Of a DNA stretch of 64,000 nt, positions 15,201 to 29,100 are shown in pieces. Source of the stretch: Paragordius varius (Eukaryota > Animalia > Nematomorpha); the NCBI GenBank assembly GCA_964247055.1, contig OZ176052.1:5022001-5086000 (forward strand), written 5' to 3'. How positions within the stretch are numbered: the stretch's first letter is position 1; each line of letters begins with the position of its first letter. Made by a program: the position numbers and the translations under genes. The notes beneath the pieces are model-generated. The model was not told the DNA's origin. It did not search any database and saw only the letters and a program-made list of their open reading frames with translations.

Positions 15201-18200
15201 ATCTGTTAATATAAATCCATTAAAACAATGTTTGAATGTAAAAGATTTATGAAATTCAAGCGTTAATATTGTTCAGCATTCGAAACAATTTTGGAGGCTG
15301 AAAAAATATTTGAAGTGTGTCGTCATTTAAGTATTTTTGCATGAAAATTTACCATTTTAATTTTTTTCAGAAATTTGGGTAAACGCTTTATAATATCATG
15401 TGTACTATTAGACAGTCAATCTTGAATTAAACTGCTAGGAGTAATTACATTTTGATGTATCCCATTTTAAAAGATTTCTTCATTAAATTAATTAGTGGTA
15501 AAACCACATTCATCATTCTCAAGATTTATTATATATTTGATGTGTCTCATTGAAGTAGATGTTGGGGGTTGCATTTTAATTTTACCGCACAGTTTCAAAA
15601 ACAATTCCTTTATAAAATTAATTAATAGTAAAAATATACATCATAAGATTCATCATATATTATGTGTTGAAAACCAATAATACCTAATCTGTTTGGAAAT
15701 GAAATTTTATCATCTTTTTGCCAAAAAACGCAGGTTTGCCACCATTTGACCCAAGCGTGCCTCCCCCGGGCTATATTCCTCCAGTTTCTGGCGTATCGGC
15801 CGCTGGTCTTTTGCCACCTCCTTTAGGTGCGCCTTATCATCCAACCCAAGTTTTACCACCAGGTATTATTATTATTATAAAACTATTCTGAAAGTTTATT
15901 AACACTAACAAAGGTCAAAATGCTTAAAATTTGTAAAATGATGTTGGAGAAATATCGTCCTTTTTTTCAAAGTCAAACAACACTTTTGAATTTTTAGGTC
16001 TTAAAAATAGTTAATAGGTGTGAAATGGTGTTGGATAATTATCATTTTTTAGAGTTGTATAGTATAGATGCATTCTATAAAATATAATTTTTTAAAAAAT
16101 TATTTGTGCGATTATATAAATTTAAGGATATCCATCTATTCTTCCACCATCGTATCAAACTATACCAGCATTACAACAATCTACCTCACATCATTATATA
16201 AGTCATTCATCTGGGATTCCTACTTCCGAATACTTGCCTACACCTTTACACACTGCATCTGAATTGCGAACCGGCGAAAAGGATTCAAGGTTTTTTGTGT
16301 TTTTGCCATTATAATTATATCACCTTTATATCACCTTTATACGCTATTTTCTCCTTTCAAAGGAGGTAAGCGTGTTAGAGTTTTCCATTTATTTCTATCT
16401 TGAGCTTGTTCGATATCGATACTAAGGGAATCTAGGTCTTCTTGAATGGTGGATTGCCAGGTTTTATACGGTCTTCCTTTTTTGTTTTTATTATTGGTTG
16501 AATAAGACTGTATGAGCTTGATCCAGTTTGTGTCTTGCGCTCTGTAGATGTGACCAGCCCAACGCAAACGGTATTCCCGGATAGCTGTATGATTGATTCA
16601 TTCGCTTTTACAGCTGTAACCACCATCTTTCTTTAATCGTTTATTTACTGCCATTATAATTATTATATTTAAATTGAGACTTCTAAACAAAATAAATTTA
16701 TAGTTAAAATAAAAATAATTATAAAAGGCTAATTTTTATGACAGAGAAAACCATATTCTTTTCTATATATCCATATTATTACAATTGTGAAATATATTTC
16801 GAATCTCTTCCTCCGTCACTCAATCCGTTTAATTGGTTTTAATTCGGTTTATTCTAATTTTTACTAAAATTCTTAATTATTAGGCTTTATAAATTTTTTT
16901 TATAATAGGTATGTTCATGGACCTTATGAGGGAAGTTCCTACAGAACTGCCCATGAAGATCGGTATCCTTATTACAAGTATACGTTTTTTGGTTTTGTTT
17001 TCCAAAAAAAAGTACGGTGCTTTTTTCTGAATTGCCTATATGAAAAATTATATTATAGTATTTTGTTATGGAAATTACGTTTATATTACTAGTTTAAAAA
17101 TAAGTGTATAACGCTTTAAAAGCATAAGTTTTTTATCGGAAAAATCTTTCTGATTAGGAATGACCGATTAGATTTTAAAAGCTTGTTTATCTATCCTACC
17201 GAACAATAAATTTTTTAACTTTATTAATTAATTTTAAAATTATATTTCAGATCTGCGTAGGCGATCTATTATAATAAAAATCTAACTAAAACCGCTATAT
17301 ATACATTTAAAATTGTGTTTATCATGTAAAAAAAGGGCACCTAAGCACTTAAAATGTATATTTTTATTGTTTGTGCGGCTTACATAACGATAAGTATGTA
17401 TTTATAAGAGAAAGGAGCTTTTATAGAAAAAGGAATTATCAATGATTGGTAACTGGTGTAGTTACTTTATTATAAAAAGGTGAGACATATAGATGATAGG
17501 TCCAACCCATCGTCTTTATTAAGTTAACGCCTTATGTTTTTTGCATTTCGATGGCTTCTCTGATTTTTCGTTTACTAATATGCGTTATGATCTCCACTTT
17601 ATTTATTGTGTGATTAAATATGCGAACATATTCTGATAGGCTCGAAGTGGGTTTGCCTTTCCTGATATATAAATATATAACCCTGATAATTATAGCTCTT
17701 CCAAATGTGCCAATATAGTGTTGACATAGAAAATAATTACTGTAATTCGTTCTTTCAGTATAACCTTTTGGTATTTGGGAAAGCCTAAGAGCTTTTTAGG
17801 TGGTTTTTGAACTGTAGTAACTATAAATTGATTTACTACTTTACCTATTTTTGGACTTAAAATTTTTATTTGGAAGAGTGGTGTTCCTACTGGTGTGGCT
17901 TTAGTGTAGGTCAAATTTGAGCATATCAGTATAAATTTGCATACATAAATACATAATATATAAAGTAGAGGTTATAACGAATATTGAAAGTCAACCTAAA
18001 CGAAAAATCATGGAAACCATTGAAATCCAAAAACAGGCTTTACTAAATAAAGATGATGGGTTGGACCTATTAACTATATGGTTCACCACCTATACACCAT
18101 TCACAATTCATTGTAAATTCCCTTTTTTAATTTTATCTTTATTTTGTACCTTCTTTCCTTTTTTAATTATTATATGTATGTTTTACGGGAATTGTTATGT

Positions 18201-21200
18201 GATCCGAAACAATTATACGTATCCATTTTAATCGCTTTATGATAAAAATTATTACTTGTATATGCAAAGCGGTTTATTTTTGATGTTAATGGATCGCCTA
18301 CGCAGTTCCGAATCATAAAAATTAATTTTTGTTTGTGTGGTTTTCATTATTCGTCATAATAATTCATTAATATTATGATTGAAAACTATTAATTTCTATA
18401 TATGTATGTCAATAAATAAATGGCAGAAAATCTATGTACTATGAACGGACTACTACAAGTTCGAGACACCATGCGAGTGCAAAAGAATCAGGCGGGTATG
18501 ATCGTACCAGACATCATTACAACAGAGGCGATTATCAAAGTTCATCCTCATCGCGTCACAATCGATATGAGGGTAGTCATCATTATCGTTCTAAGGGAGA
18601 ATATGTAGGAGATCAGGTTTTAAACCTTATTTACTTTTTTAGTTTTTTATTAAAAGATATTTACGTTACAAGTAACGATCAATCAATAAGAATAAGGACA
18701 TAATCTTTAAACATTCACCAGTCCGTTTAGGGTTGACAGTGATGATAGAAGAATTGTAAAAGTACAAAATAAAAAATTCATATTACTTAAATATTGAAAA
18801 TTTTGCGATATAACATGGTAAACTTAATGAGAGATGTTAAATTCAAGTCATATAGTTGGGAACCTATGAGTGCTAACAAGAACGAAACTAGTTTACAAAC
18901 ACTATTATGATAGATTACACATTTTTAAATATAATTAGTCTGATAAAAATTGTTTTTTTTAAAATTACCCATTGTATCACATAATTTTAATAATAAAAGC
19001 GAACTTATTAATTACTTAAACTATTAAATATACAAGGCTAGATGGCTATATTAAGCAGTGACACAAAAATAAGCTTACTCGCATAAAATTTGTTGTACAA
19101 ACTCTAGAATATCTATTGTACAATATGATATAAAATCAGCATAGGTATTTAAAGTTGTTTGCATTGTTTTAATTATCTTTGGTTGGTGAATACCTTAATT
19201 GACATATAATAAAAAATAAAATTAGCGTTATCTTTTTTTTCTCTTACTAATGTTACAGGATCGTGACTATTCAGATACTGAGGCTTCATCTTCCAGAAAA
19301 CGAAGGCATAAAGATCGTGAAGGTAATATAACAAAATTATAAAATATATTATTTAAAGTTTTAAAGACAATAAAAATGATATTAAAACAAAAAAAATTTC
19401 TATATTACTTTACCGTTTACAAAGGCTCTTATATATCTAATACCGAAATGCGATCACCTATAGATGAAGATACGATGGATGATGTTTCTCGAAGGTAAAA
19501 TATTCAATTATAAAAACAATTAGACCATTCCTAAAAATACATATTATTTTTTTGGATGTTCTATTTAAAAATATACTAAAATTAAAAAACCTGACTTAAA
19601 TTTCTTGCCTACTGTTTTTTATATTTCTTGAAAACGGAAAACACTTACATATCCAATTAAATAAATGCCAAAAATATCCTAGAAAAAAACTAGCTCTTTT
19701 TGAATTCTTATTTACTAAATTTTACACACTGTAAAAGTTCAAAAATGAAAATAATGATTATTTATAATGTTTAATATTTATGATTGTAGCAAACAAAAAA
19801 ATAAGTAATATATTTATTTAATTTCGAATTACTGGTTTGTTATAAAAAATATTTTTAGGCCAATTTCCGCTGAACCCAAAGATGAAAATCAAGAGTCAGG
19901 TATATATTTTTACCTGTTATGATTAACATAATTTTAAAATTATATAAAATATCACATAATGAATGTATTATTTTAGGAAAAGGAGAACCAATTAGTGATT
20001 TTGATGCAGCTACTGAACTATAGTATGATTTTAATTTGAATTTGCGCAAATATTATGATATATAATTTTTTTCATAAAAATATTTATGCATACTTATTAA
20101 TACTAAATTATTTTATGTTTTGCAAAAAAATAGTTCAGGTTTACCAGATGTAAATTTGAAATCATCTAATCAAATCGGTGGAGCTGAGGATTCATATACG
20201 AGTAAAAGGTAATACATTCCTCCTTATAAAATATGGAAACTAAACCATTTTTTTCTATAATCATATTTTTTTTCTCCAAAAATTTTGTAAGGTCTGGAAG
20301 ACGTGAAGGAAGTCATGATGATAGACGATATCATTCACCACATTACAGGGAACATCGTTCTAAACGGCACAGGGTAAAATTTTATATCGATGTATAAAAA
20401 ATATTTATTATTGCTAAATTGAAAAAAAATGTGATTGAATAAACTTGGTGTATCGATTCTGGCCAAGTTTATCAAATTTGATTAATCTATTTGTTTAATA
20501 AATAGATACTATTATATAAATGGAAAATTTTTAATAGGCTTTGCAAAAAAAACGGCACAGGGTTCAATTTTAATAATTTATAAAACATTAAATATTTTCT
20601 TAATTGAAGAAATAGCAATCAAATAAAATATAGTAGCTTAGCTTTTATGTTTATTATTTTTATTTTAATTTTTGGTGTTATATTTTATACTGTTACTGTT
20701 AAAATAAGTACATATAATAATAGTTTCCTAAAGAAACAGACTTTCATTTTAATATAACAAATATTTTTGGGAACAAAATAATTTATTTATATCCATTTTT
20801 TGTTAACATTATTAGGATCGTTCAAGTAGTTACACCACGAAAAAAACGAAAAGACGTTCGCCTTCAGAGGAGAAAAGACATCATCATAGCAGTCGGCGAA
20901 AACGGAGTGGAAGTCGCAGTAAAAAACATAAAAAACATTCTTCACGCAAGGAAGATTATAATAAATCACGGTAAGTAGTTTGTTTGCTCTCTAAATTCAG
21001 AAAATTTGAACCAGTATTGCTCTCTTAGTTTCGTTTTTTTTATTAAATTTCTAATTTTAATCTTTACACATTTTAAACTAAAACATGGGTATTTTTTGAA
21101 ATATTAATTAAAGGTTATATAAAAAAATATGATGATATTTATTTAATTACTTTTGATTATATTTACCATATAGAAGCAGATCATCATCACGATATACATC

Positions 21201-22639
21201 TCATAAAAAACGGAGGAGACATAGGCACGAGGACGAATATGAAAGGTTTGGAAAATGCAATTGTTTTACATTCAAAATTCTTTTTTGTATCATTACACTA
21301 GACAACAAATTTTGACTTTTTTTAAGTTCCATTCTCGTATATTTAAAATTTATTTCATTTAAGTACATAAATAGTATATCTGAAAAAAATTGTTAACACA
21401 TACGAATTTTTAATTATTAGGTTTTATCGAAAATTTTTGGCCTCGATTTAACATTAAACTCAAAATTATAAGTTTTAGATATAGAGCCAATATTTTATAT
21501 CAATCGAAAGAGTTCGAAAAACTCTATCTTTCGAATGGTAGTTAGTCATTTAAATCAATCTGATTTTAAAGTTATTTCGGTTTATATGGTAAAAATTTTC
21601 AACCCTTAATTAAGTCAAAAATTTTCATATAAACTAATATAAAAATTATTTTTTTAACATGCTTTTGGTCTGATTTTTTAATAAACATAATATTATATAA
21701 ATTGTTTTACCTAATGGACATTAAAATGCATAGTTATAACTGTCAATTTACTATATAATCGTTTAAAATATCAAAAATATTTTAAACTTTGTTCTTAGTC
21801 TTTGAAATTTCGTATTTATAAGCCTCCTAAAGAAAATAAAAATTATATTGATGAGATGGTAAAAACTAAATAAAAATGGCTTTTTTGAATGAAGCAATAA
21901 ATGTTTTAAACTTTCTTTATCTTTTGACATTCATTTTATGAATTTTGTAGAGTTTTTATTGCTCTTTCGAATTACATATGGGATGTTTATATTTTCAAAA
22001 AAACCTTTTTTAGTAAAATTTTGATGAAAGGGCGCATAATCAAAAAAAATCAAATTATACAAAATTCTAGGTGAAATTATAACTTTGTTTCAGATTTACT
22101 GTAAAGATACTAAATACAGAAAATATAAAAAACTCGCGTGGAAGAAAAATTTGTTGACTAGTGTTATTCACTGTTATATCAAAAAATCATTATTGCGGTA
22201 ATTAAGGCTCTTTTAAAGGGATATTCAACTTTAAGGTACCATATAACAAGTTTTATTTACAGTATAAATTATTACAAAAACAGAGCATAATGAGAAGATA
22301 AATATTTTTGATAAAGAAAACCATCTAGACCTTAATTTTTCAAAATATATTAAAAACATAATTAATTTTTTATTTCACAAATTTAATTTAAAAAATATTG
22401 AGTATAAATATTGAAGAGTCATTTGGGGCATTTAATAGCACTTCTTTTACATATCAAATAATGGTTTGTTTAGAAATCCGCCTTTAACAAGTGCACCTGA
22501 AACCTTGCTACCCAAAAACGAGGAAACCAAAAATACCGCGGGTTCGGATAATGAATCAAACATCTCTAATCACAGTAAATCAGATGGGGCTAAATCGGGT
22601 GATGATAGAAACGAAACAGGAAAGTCGCCCTCTCAATAA
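12284..22639 (+). CDS. FIP1L1: Pre-mRNA 3'-end processing factor Fip1 (CPSF subunit), ~20 exons
   Basis: N-terminal EEDEAWLFG and [20 protein letters not shown]. The Fip1 motif [30 protein letters not shown] is split across exons 13279-13407 and 13700-13815. Pro-rich and then R/S/H-rich exons follow, with the last exon at 22474-22639 (TAA). The middle low-complexity exons are less certain. Confidence 0.93.
16319..16648 (-). mobile_element. 5'-truncated RTE-clade LINE with 15-bp target-site duplication, in a FIP1L1 intron
   Basis: The ORF C-terminus RWAGHIYR...KKGRPYKTW...IQEDL...AQDRNKWK is typical of RTE ORF2. There is a short tandem-repeat tail (ATAAAGGTGAT)x2 and the TSD TGCCATTATAATTAT at 16304-16318 and 16649-16663. 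Confidence 0.9.
17251..18307. mobile_element. Two Penelope-like element 3' fragments in inverted orientation, in a FIP1L1 intron
   Basis: Plus strand ~17995-18100 reads [28 protein letters not shown]. Minus strand ~17590-17490 reads [24 protein letters not shown]. Both resemble the GIY-YIG C-terminal tail of PLEs. The outer ends are inverted repeats (ATCTGCGTAGGCGATCTATT at 17251 vs AATGGATCGCCTACGCAGTT at 18288). Confidence 0.7.
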
Positions 22640-23141
22640 AATGAGCCATGAAAAACGGCACTGATTTATACATAATCTATACTTTTATCATTATATACAT
22701 TGATTGATTTTGAATTTTATATTAATTTTACTTTTTGTATTTACAATAATAATAAATTCGCTCTTGGAGTTTTCCTTAACAGCCTATTAATGTTAAAATA
22801 AACTATTCAAGGTTTGGTGTCCAATATACAAAAATTTAATTTTACTAAAATATATTTATTTATGTGGTGAAAAATGATAAATTATGCACAGAATCAAATT
22901 ATCATAAAATTTACTAATTAAAATTGCCTTTCTGTTACATAGTATTCATACATTATAAAAATATCAAGGATAGTATCATTAATGCGCATAAAAATAAAAA
23001 ATCAATTAGATGCATATAGTGAGATTGAGTCAATGATAAATGTATACGATAAATAAAATGAAAAACACATATTGGTGTGTATGCATTTAAATTTTAACTT
23101 TAACTGATAATTAATAGCATTTATATAAAAGTATAATTTTT

Positions 23142-26100
23142 TCATCTAATTTGTGTATAAGCTTTTCTAAGTGTATTTGGTGGAGGTGGTAGGTTTGAAG
23201 AAATATTTGAATTAATGTTTTGGCCAGTAGTATGTTTAGCCATTTGATTAATTCTAAAGGGGTAAGAATCTATATTGTAAGCGGCATTGGATTTGAGCAC
23301 ACTGGCTCCCGAAAGACTTGACGCATTTTTTATCGTGTTTAGCGAATAAGCCGGTATATTGTTTTGTGCACGTCGACGTTCATTCATAATTTGTTCATCT
23401 TTTGCGTTGTAGAAATCGTGTAAATTTTTAACTAAATTTCCATTATTACCTAATCCTCGATCACCACCACTCATATTGGAAAAGTTATTGTTGACGGGAT
23501 TTTTTTGAGAAAGACTGTTACTACGTAACGTGGCATACATTTTATCTATGCCAAGTTCGGATTCCAACTCTTTAATTTTGCGATTCTTTTGAGCTACTTC
23601 ATTTTCCAATTCTATAATTCTCCGATTTTTTAGACTAATTTCCATGCGATACCCACGATTTTCCTCCTGTAAAGAAAAATGAAATATTATTAAATTATTG
23701 TTCCACAATCTATAATATCATGTGATTACCAACGTGATTGTAATCCGGAAAGAAACTTTTATCACAAAAATCAGGAGTCCTCAACACAAATGGCTTCACG
23801 GGCCGCATTTTTTACTCAAAAAAATTGGCGGTCCACATTTCAAATATATATGGACATTCATTAATAATTTATTAGGTTTCGAACATAAGACAGTAAAATG
23901 CAAAAAAATTAACCTATTTTTTAGATCTTGCCAATATATAAAATTATTTATCAATTTTACCAAGATTTCGTAAGCATTTTTTTCAAATTATGGAGTTTCA
24001 AATTTTTCGCGGGCCGCATACAAAGTCTCGGAACACCGCATGCGGCCCGGGTGTTGGACCCTGCCCTATATCCATACAATAAAAATCTTACAATTAACAA
24101 AAATGTTTCTTACTATATCCTAATTTTGGCCTGTAACTATAAAATTTTTTAACCTGTAGTTCATTACAATGAGCCAAAGTTTCTTCAACATACGCAGTAT
24201 CGCCCTTGGAAAGGGTTGGCATTGAATATCCCGGCATATAAGCTTTAGATTGAAAAGGTCCTCCTCCTGTTTGATAATATTGAGATGTATCATTATTAGC
24301 AGAAAACGCCGTGGTGGCGGAATGTCCATAATAATGTTTGGGCGAATTTATCAACATATTTTCATTGTTTGAGGTGTTTATTGAAGCGGTTTGTTGGTTT
24401 TGTTGAGTTGATAATCCATATTGGAGAAAGGTAGGTGATGGGGTATATCCTACTTTTGGTTGTTCTTCATGACCTGTAATACCAGTTGAACAACATTGGC
24501 TTAACATTGTGGATGTTATATTCCGAACACTGTTTCGAGGTCCTTTATTATTATTATTATTATTACTAATATTATCTTGAACGGATAAATCTTTCAAGTG
24601 TAAAGGTAGGGAAGGAGAAACAGGACTGTCGCTAATTTGTTGATTTTGCGCATTTGAAATTAAGGAAAATCGATTAGAATGAGATTGATTTTTCGTGTTT
24701 ATTATAGGTGATGACTCAAGAGTTGGGGTTGGGGCTCTTTCTGAACTACGTTGACGGGCCAAAGCTTTCATACTTTCCGATATTTTACGCCTTCTATTTG
24801 CTGCCGATTAAATTTGAGGAGATAAAAACATGCATAAATGTGGAATCAATAACAATAATATATTTATTTACCGTGTTTTTTTTTTGAAAAAATATTTAAG
24901 TATTATCTATTTATCCAAAATATATAAGTCTCAAATATTTAATTGACTACATTACTAATCTATTAAAATAATGTTTACACAAAATATTTTTTCCAAACAA
25001 TACGATATGATAAAAATATACTTTCGGGATTTTCGGTATTAGATGCATCGAAAAACATTTTATAGCGTTGATTTTCATTAAATTTCGTAGCTACTGGCGT
25101 GGTAGGCGATGCTGGGGTCGAATCTCTTTATATAACCAATAAAACACAGGCGTTAATGAAAATTTATATTATATCAATGCGATATACTACTAAAATAATG
25201 ATAAAACTGCTTTTCAAATTATTGTAAACTATACTATAAAATTCCAAATGGCAGTTTTAGTTTCAAAAATATGATATAGTTCTTTGTTATTAAATCTAAA
25301 ATTTAAATTTATTTCATAAAACAATAGCATACATTTGTTGTTTATTGTTTAATCGTGATGCACGTTTTTGTCGCCACTGTGCAGCATGTTGTTGAAGTTC
25401 CAAATATTGATCATCTTCATCGCTCGAATATTTTTTGTCAACATGTTTTCTATCCAATAATTACAAGATATTACAAGTTTGTGATTAAAAATTAAAAAAC
25501 GACTCATGATGGACAACTAATGTTTTGCATCAAATGTTTTCACTGGTATTCTTTGTAAATTATTTTAATATAGTTTAACATCCTCACTGTTTTCCTTAAA
25601 TCGTGTTTTAAATAAAGACAAAATAAAATTAACAGAATAATTAACATCATACATATGACTGTAATCAGATGCAAAAAAATTTGTTTCCACAGAATTTTAT
25701 ATCCTCTATAATGGCCTTTTTCGTGTTATTAAGGAACAAAAAAATCATTAACAACCCAAAACATGTATATCTGTAAGATATTCGACTGAAAAATATAATT
25801 TAACCATTCATTAAGTTATACGCTTAAAAGTTTGGAAAACAAATGGAGTTATAATCTTTGTTTCGTAGTCCAAACGATATAAATTAAAGCTAAATAAATT
25901 ATATAATATTTTAATACAAAACTCTAGATATTTGCATGGAATGTTTTGTCTACCTTTAAAATTTTTAAGAGTATGGGCCAAAATCCGCTACAAATCAGCT
26001 ATTAGGTTAAAATGAAAACAAATATGCTAGCTTAAAATTGGTTTTTTTACAAACACGAAACAAAAGTATCTAGATATATATTTGTTTTATAACGGTATGT

Positions 26101-29100
26101 TATACTTAATAAATGATTTAAACCCTAAAATACGTATATTACAATAGGACCACTTACTCTGGGTGAGATTGTTCCGACATTTCTGACATGGCTGGACTTG
26201 TGGTACCACTAGACACAGGAGTAACTTCCCTCAAAGGAGGCGCCAAATATGCGCCTTCTTTCTTTTTCTCACTCAGCACAGACTCTTTCGCGGGGAAAGA
26301 TGTTAGGGCCGATTTAAAACTGCCACCGGATACATTTGATTTGGATGTGTCCGGAGATATGACTAAAAAATTCAAAATTCAGTTAAATTTAAATATAGTC
26401 AAAATAAAAAATTTAAGAGACAAGTATCCTTATCAAAAACATAGCATTACTTATTAAACTTCAAATTTGTTATATTGATTTGGGTTGCATATAAGGAATA
26501 GGGATGCAAATTGTTAACCATTCGAATATAAAATATACAATTGTAATTATAGAGGTTATATAAAAAATAGAGGTTTATAGATGGATGTTTTTTTGCAAAG
26601 AATATATGTATTTTAGTTTTTGCGTTATTTATTTATACCTAAAAGATTTTTAAAATAATGTCTAACTACTGTATTCAAACGAGAAAAAAATGAATTCATC
26701 GCCAAACCAATTTTCAAATGAATTAGCTTTGCAGTTTATAAACAAAATATATGTATATATAATACCGCCATTAATATTGTTTAAATGTTCAAGCAAACTC
26801 GAAAGTTTAAATCGATTTGCCGTATAAACCTTAAATTAATGGGGAATATATCGATTAATTTGATATTAGGTGAGCGAATAAAAGGACCTAAATTAAATTT
26901 TCAATTTTTTAAAAAAAATATATTATTGCCGTCTTATTTTTAATCTGGTATATGTGTTTAATAATAATGTAAAAAAACCCACTTTTACCATCAAAAACCA
27001 CAAAGGAATGAGTCCTATATTATTAAAATTTTTTACAATCTATAATATATTCTTTGCAGCTTTTTCCAACGGATAAGTCAGATTATAACGGTTTTATTGA
27101 GAACTTACTTAGCCAAATGTATATAAATCGTACTTTGATTGGGTCCTCTAACATATTTTTCACTAGGAAGAGGTGATGTTATAGACGAATTTGGAGAAAC
27201 GCCTTCATTTGAATTGGGTGTCGAGGAAGAAAGATTGGTTGATTCTGCTCTAGCAAGTGATGGTTGCCTAAATATCATCCAAAAAATAAAGCCATTTGTA
27301 CATTTGAATAGAGGACATAATTTTTTAACAAACCAAACAATCATTTATTTTATCAAACCAAAAAACGATATGTTTTATTCAAAACAATATTTGTATTAAA
27401 ATATTTATATAACTTAATTTTTATCACTACGATGTTTAATGATGATAATCTTGTGATTGGAAGGCAAAAATTCTTTTTTACGTGGAAAAAAATCCGCAAA
27501 AAATTTTAATATATGTAAAATCCGTAACGGCTTTTTTGAGGGTAAAAAACATTATTGCGGATGAAGATTTATTCTATCATAAATATTTTAAAAAATTTAT
27601 TCCTACAAACCATATTGAGCAGTTACGCTTTTTTTTAAAAAAACAAAAGGTTATTTGTAATTTAACAAAAACTTTTTATTCGAAATAAACTTTTATCATT
27701 TTTGTGAATCACCAAGTGTTTTTGACATATATTCTGCTTCGTAACTAAAGGGTGTCAACGCACAAAAAATTTAGTCCGCACATAATAAGATACCAATTTT
27801 TAAATTATACATATATATATTTGTTACCTAATTACATTTCTGTCGCCAGTGATACTTCGTGAACCCAAATCCGTATATGATGCATTTAATTGATTTAAAT
27901 TCATGGTTGTTTGAAGGCTAACATCATTAGTTTTTGAATAGGTAGTTGGCGCTAACAATGGAGGGAAGGAGGAACGTTTGGAATCTGAAAATTTTTTATG
28001 ACTTTGGTTTAGGACTTTTACCGTGTCTTTCGAACAAGATTTCCTAGGATTTTGGGCATCAAAACTTATTTTAGTAGTGGGAACTACAGATCCACCATGT
28101 AGCTGTGATAAAAAATAAGGCATCCCACCTGATTGACGACGTTTTTTATTCTCTTCAATCTTAATGGCAAAAAATGTAAATTAAACCTTATTTAATATGA
28201 TAATAATAATAATTTGTATTGCCAAATTTATTGACTAAATTTGTATCAAAAATTTTCAATAGTAGAGAGGATCTTAATCAAGTTTTTATAAAATAAATTC
28301 CGGATATAGTTTAGTTTTAAATAATTACGTGAAGAAAAATTATTACTACATATAATATATTGGTTATTGTTGACTAAATTTACTAATTCAAATAATTTTT
28401 TTATTTTCAATTAAATGTAATAAAGTATTATATACATTAGGTTTGTTTAATATATACTGCTAAAATTTTACTTTTTGGTCGCGAAGAGACATAAAATAAG
28501 GTTTTTGTGAACCTTCCCATTTTTTGGGTGATTGGGGGATTTTTTGCGTTTCCAAAAACGGTTTATTTAATTGAACTATATATATATATATATATATATA
28601 CAAAAAATATACAGTATGAATAAGTATACATTGCTAGAAAGTTATTAATTATGGCCAAAAAGTAAAGAAAACAAAAGGCAGTATAATTGGCTATGAAAAA
28701 ATAAGTATAAGCCAATAATATTGCCCTTTGTTGTATTTACTATTTGGCAATAATTAATAACTTTCTATCAATGTATACTTAATCATACTGTAATTGTAAA
28801 TATATAATTAACTTTTAAGATGAAAAAAAGGAAAAAAACTAGAAACCTGATGACCTAGGGGGAGAATGTGACCTTTCCCGCCGTTCTCTATCTCGTTTTA
28901 TAGCATCCACCTTTAAATGTCGAAGTTTTTGAATATCGTCTTGAAACCTTTTGAGGCCCTCGGGAGATTTGGAAGGTGAAGGACCTAAAAATATTTTTGA
29001 AAATTAAATTAAATAATATTAAATGAAAAAAAATATTTTTTAAAAAAATTTCAGATTTAATTCAACATTCTGTTTAAAGAATTATATTTAGTAATGTGCC

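Noticed and set aside
18100-18310. Hammerhead ribozyme in the Penelope-like arms
   Set aside because: No intact CTGATGA...GAAA core could be found by eye on either arm.
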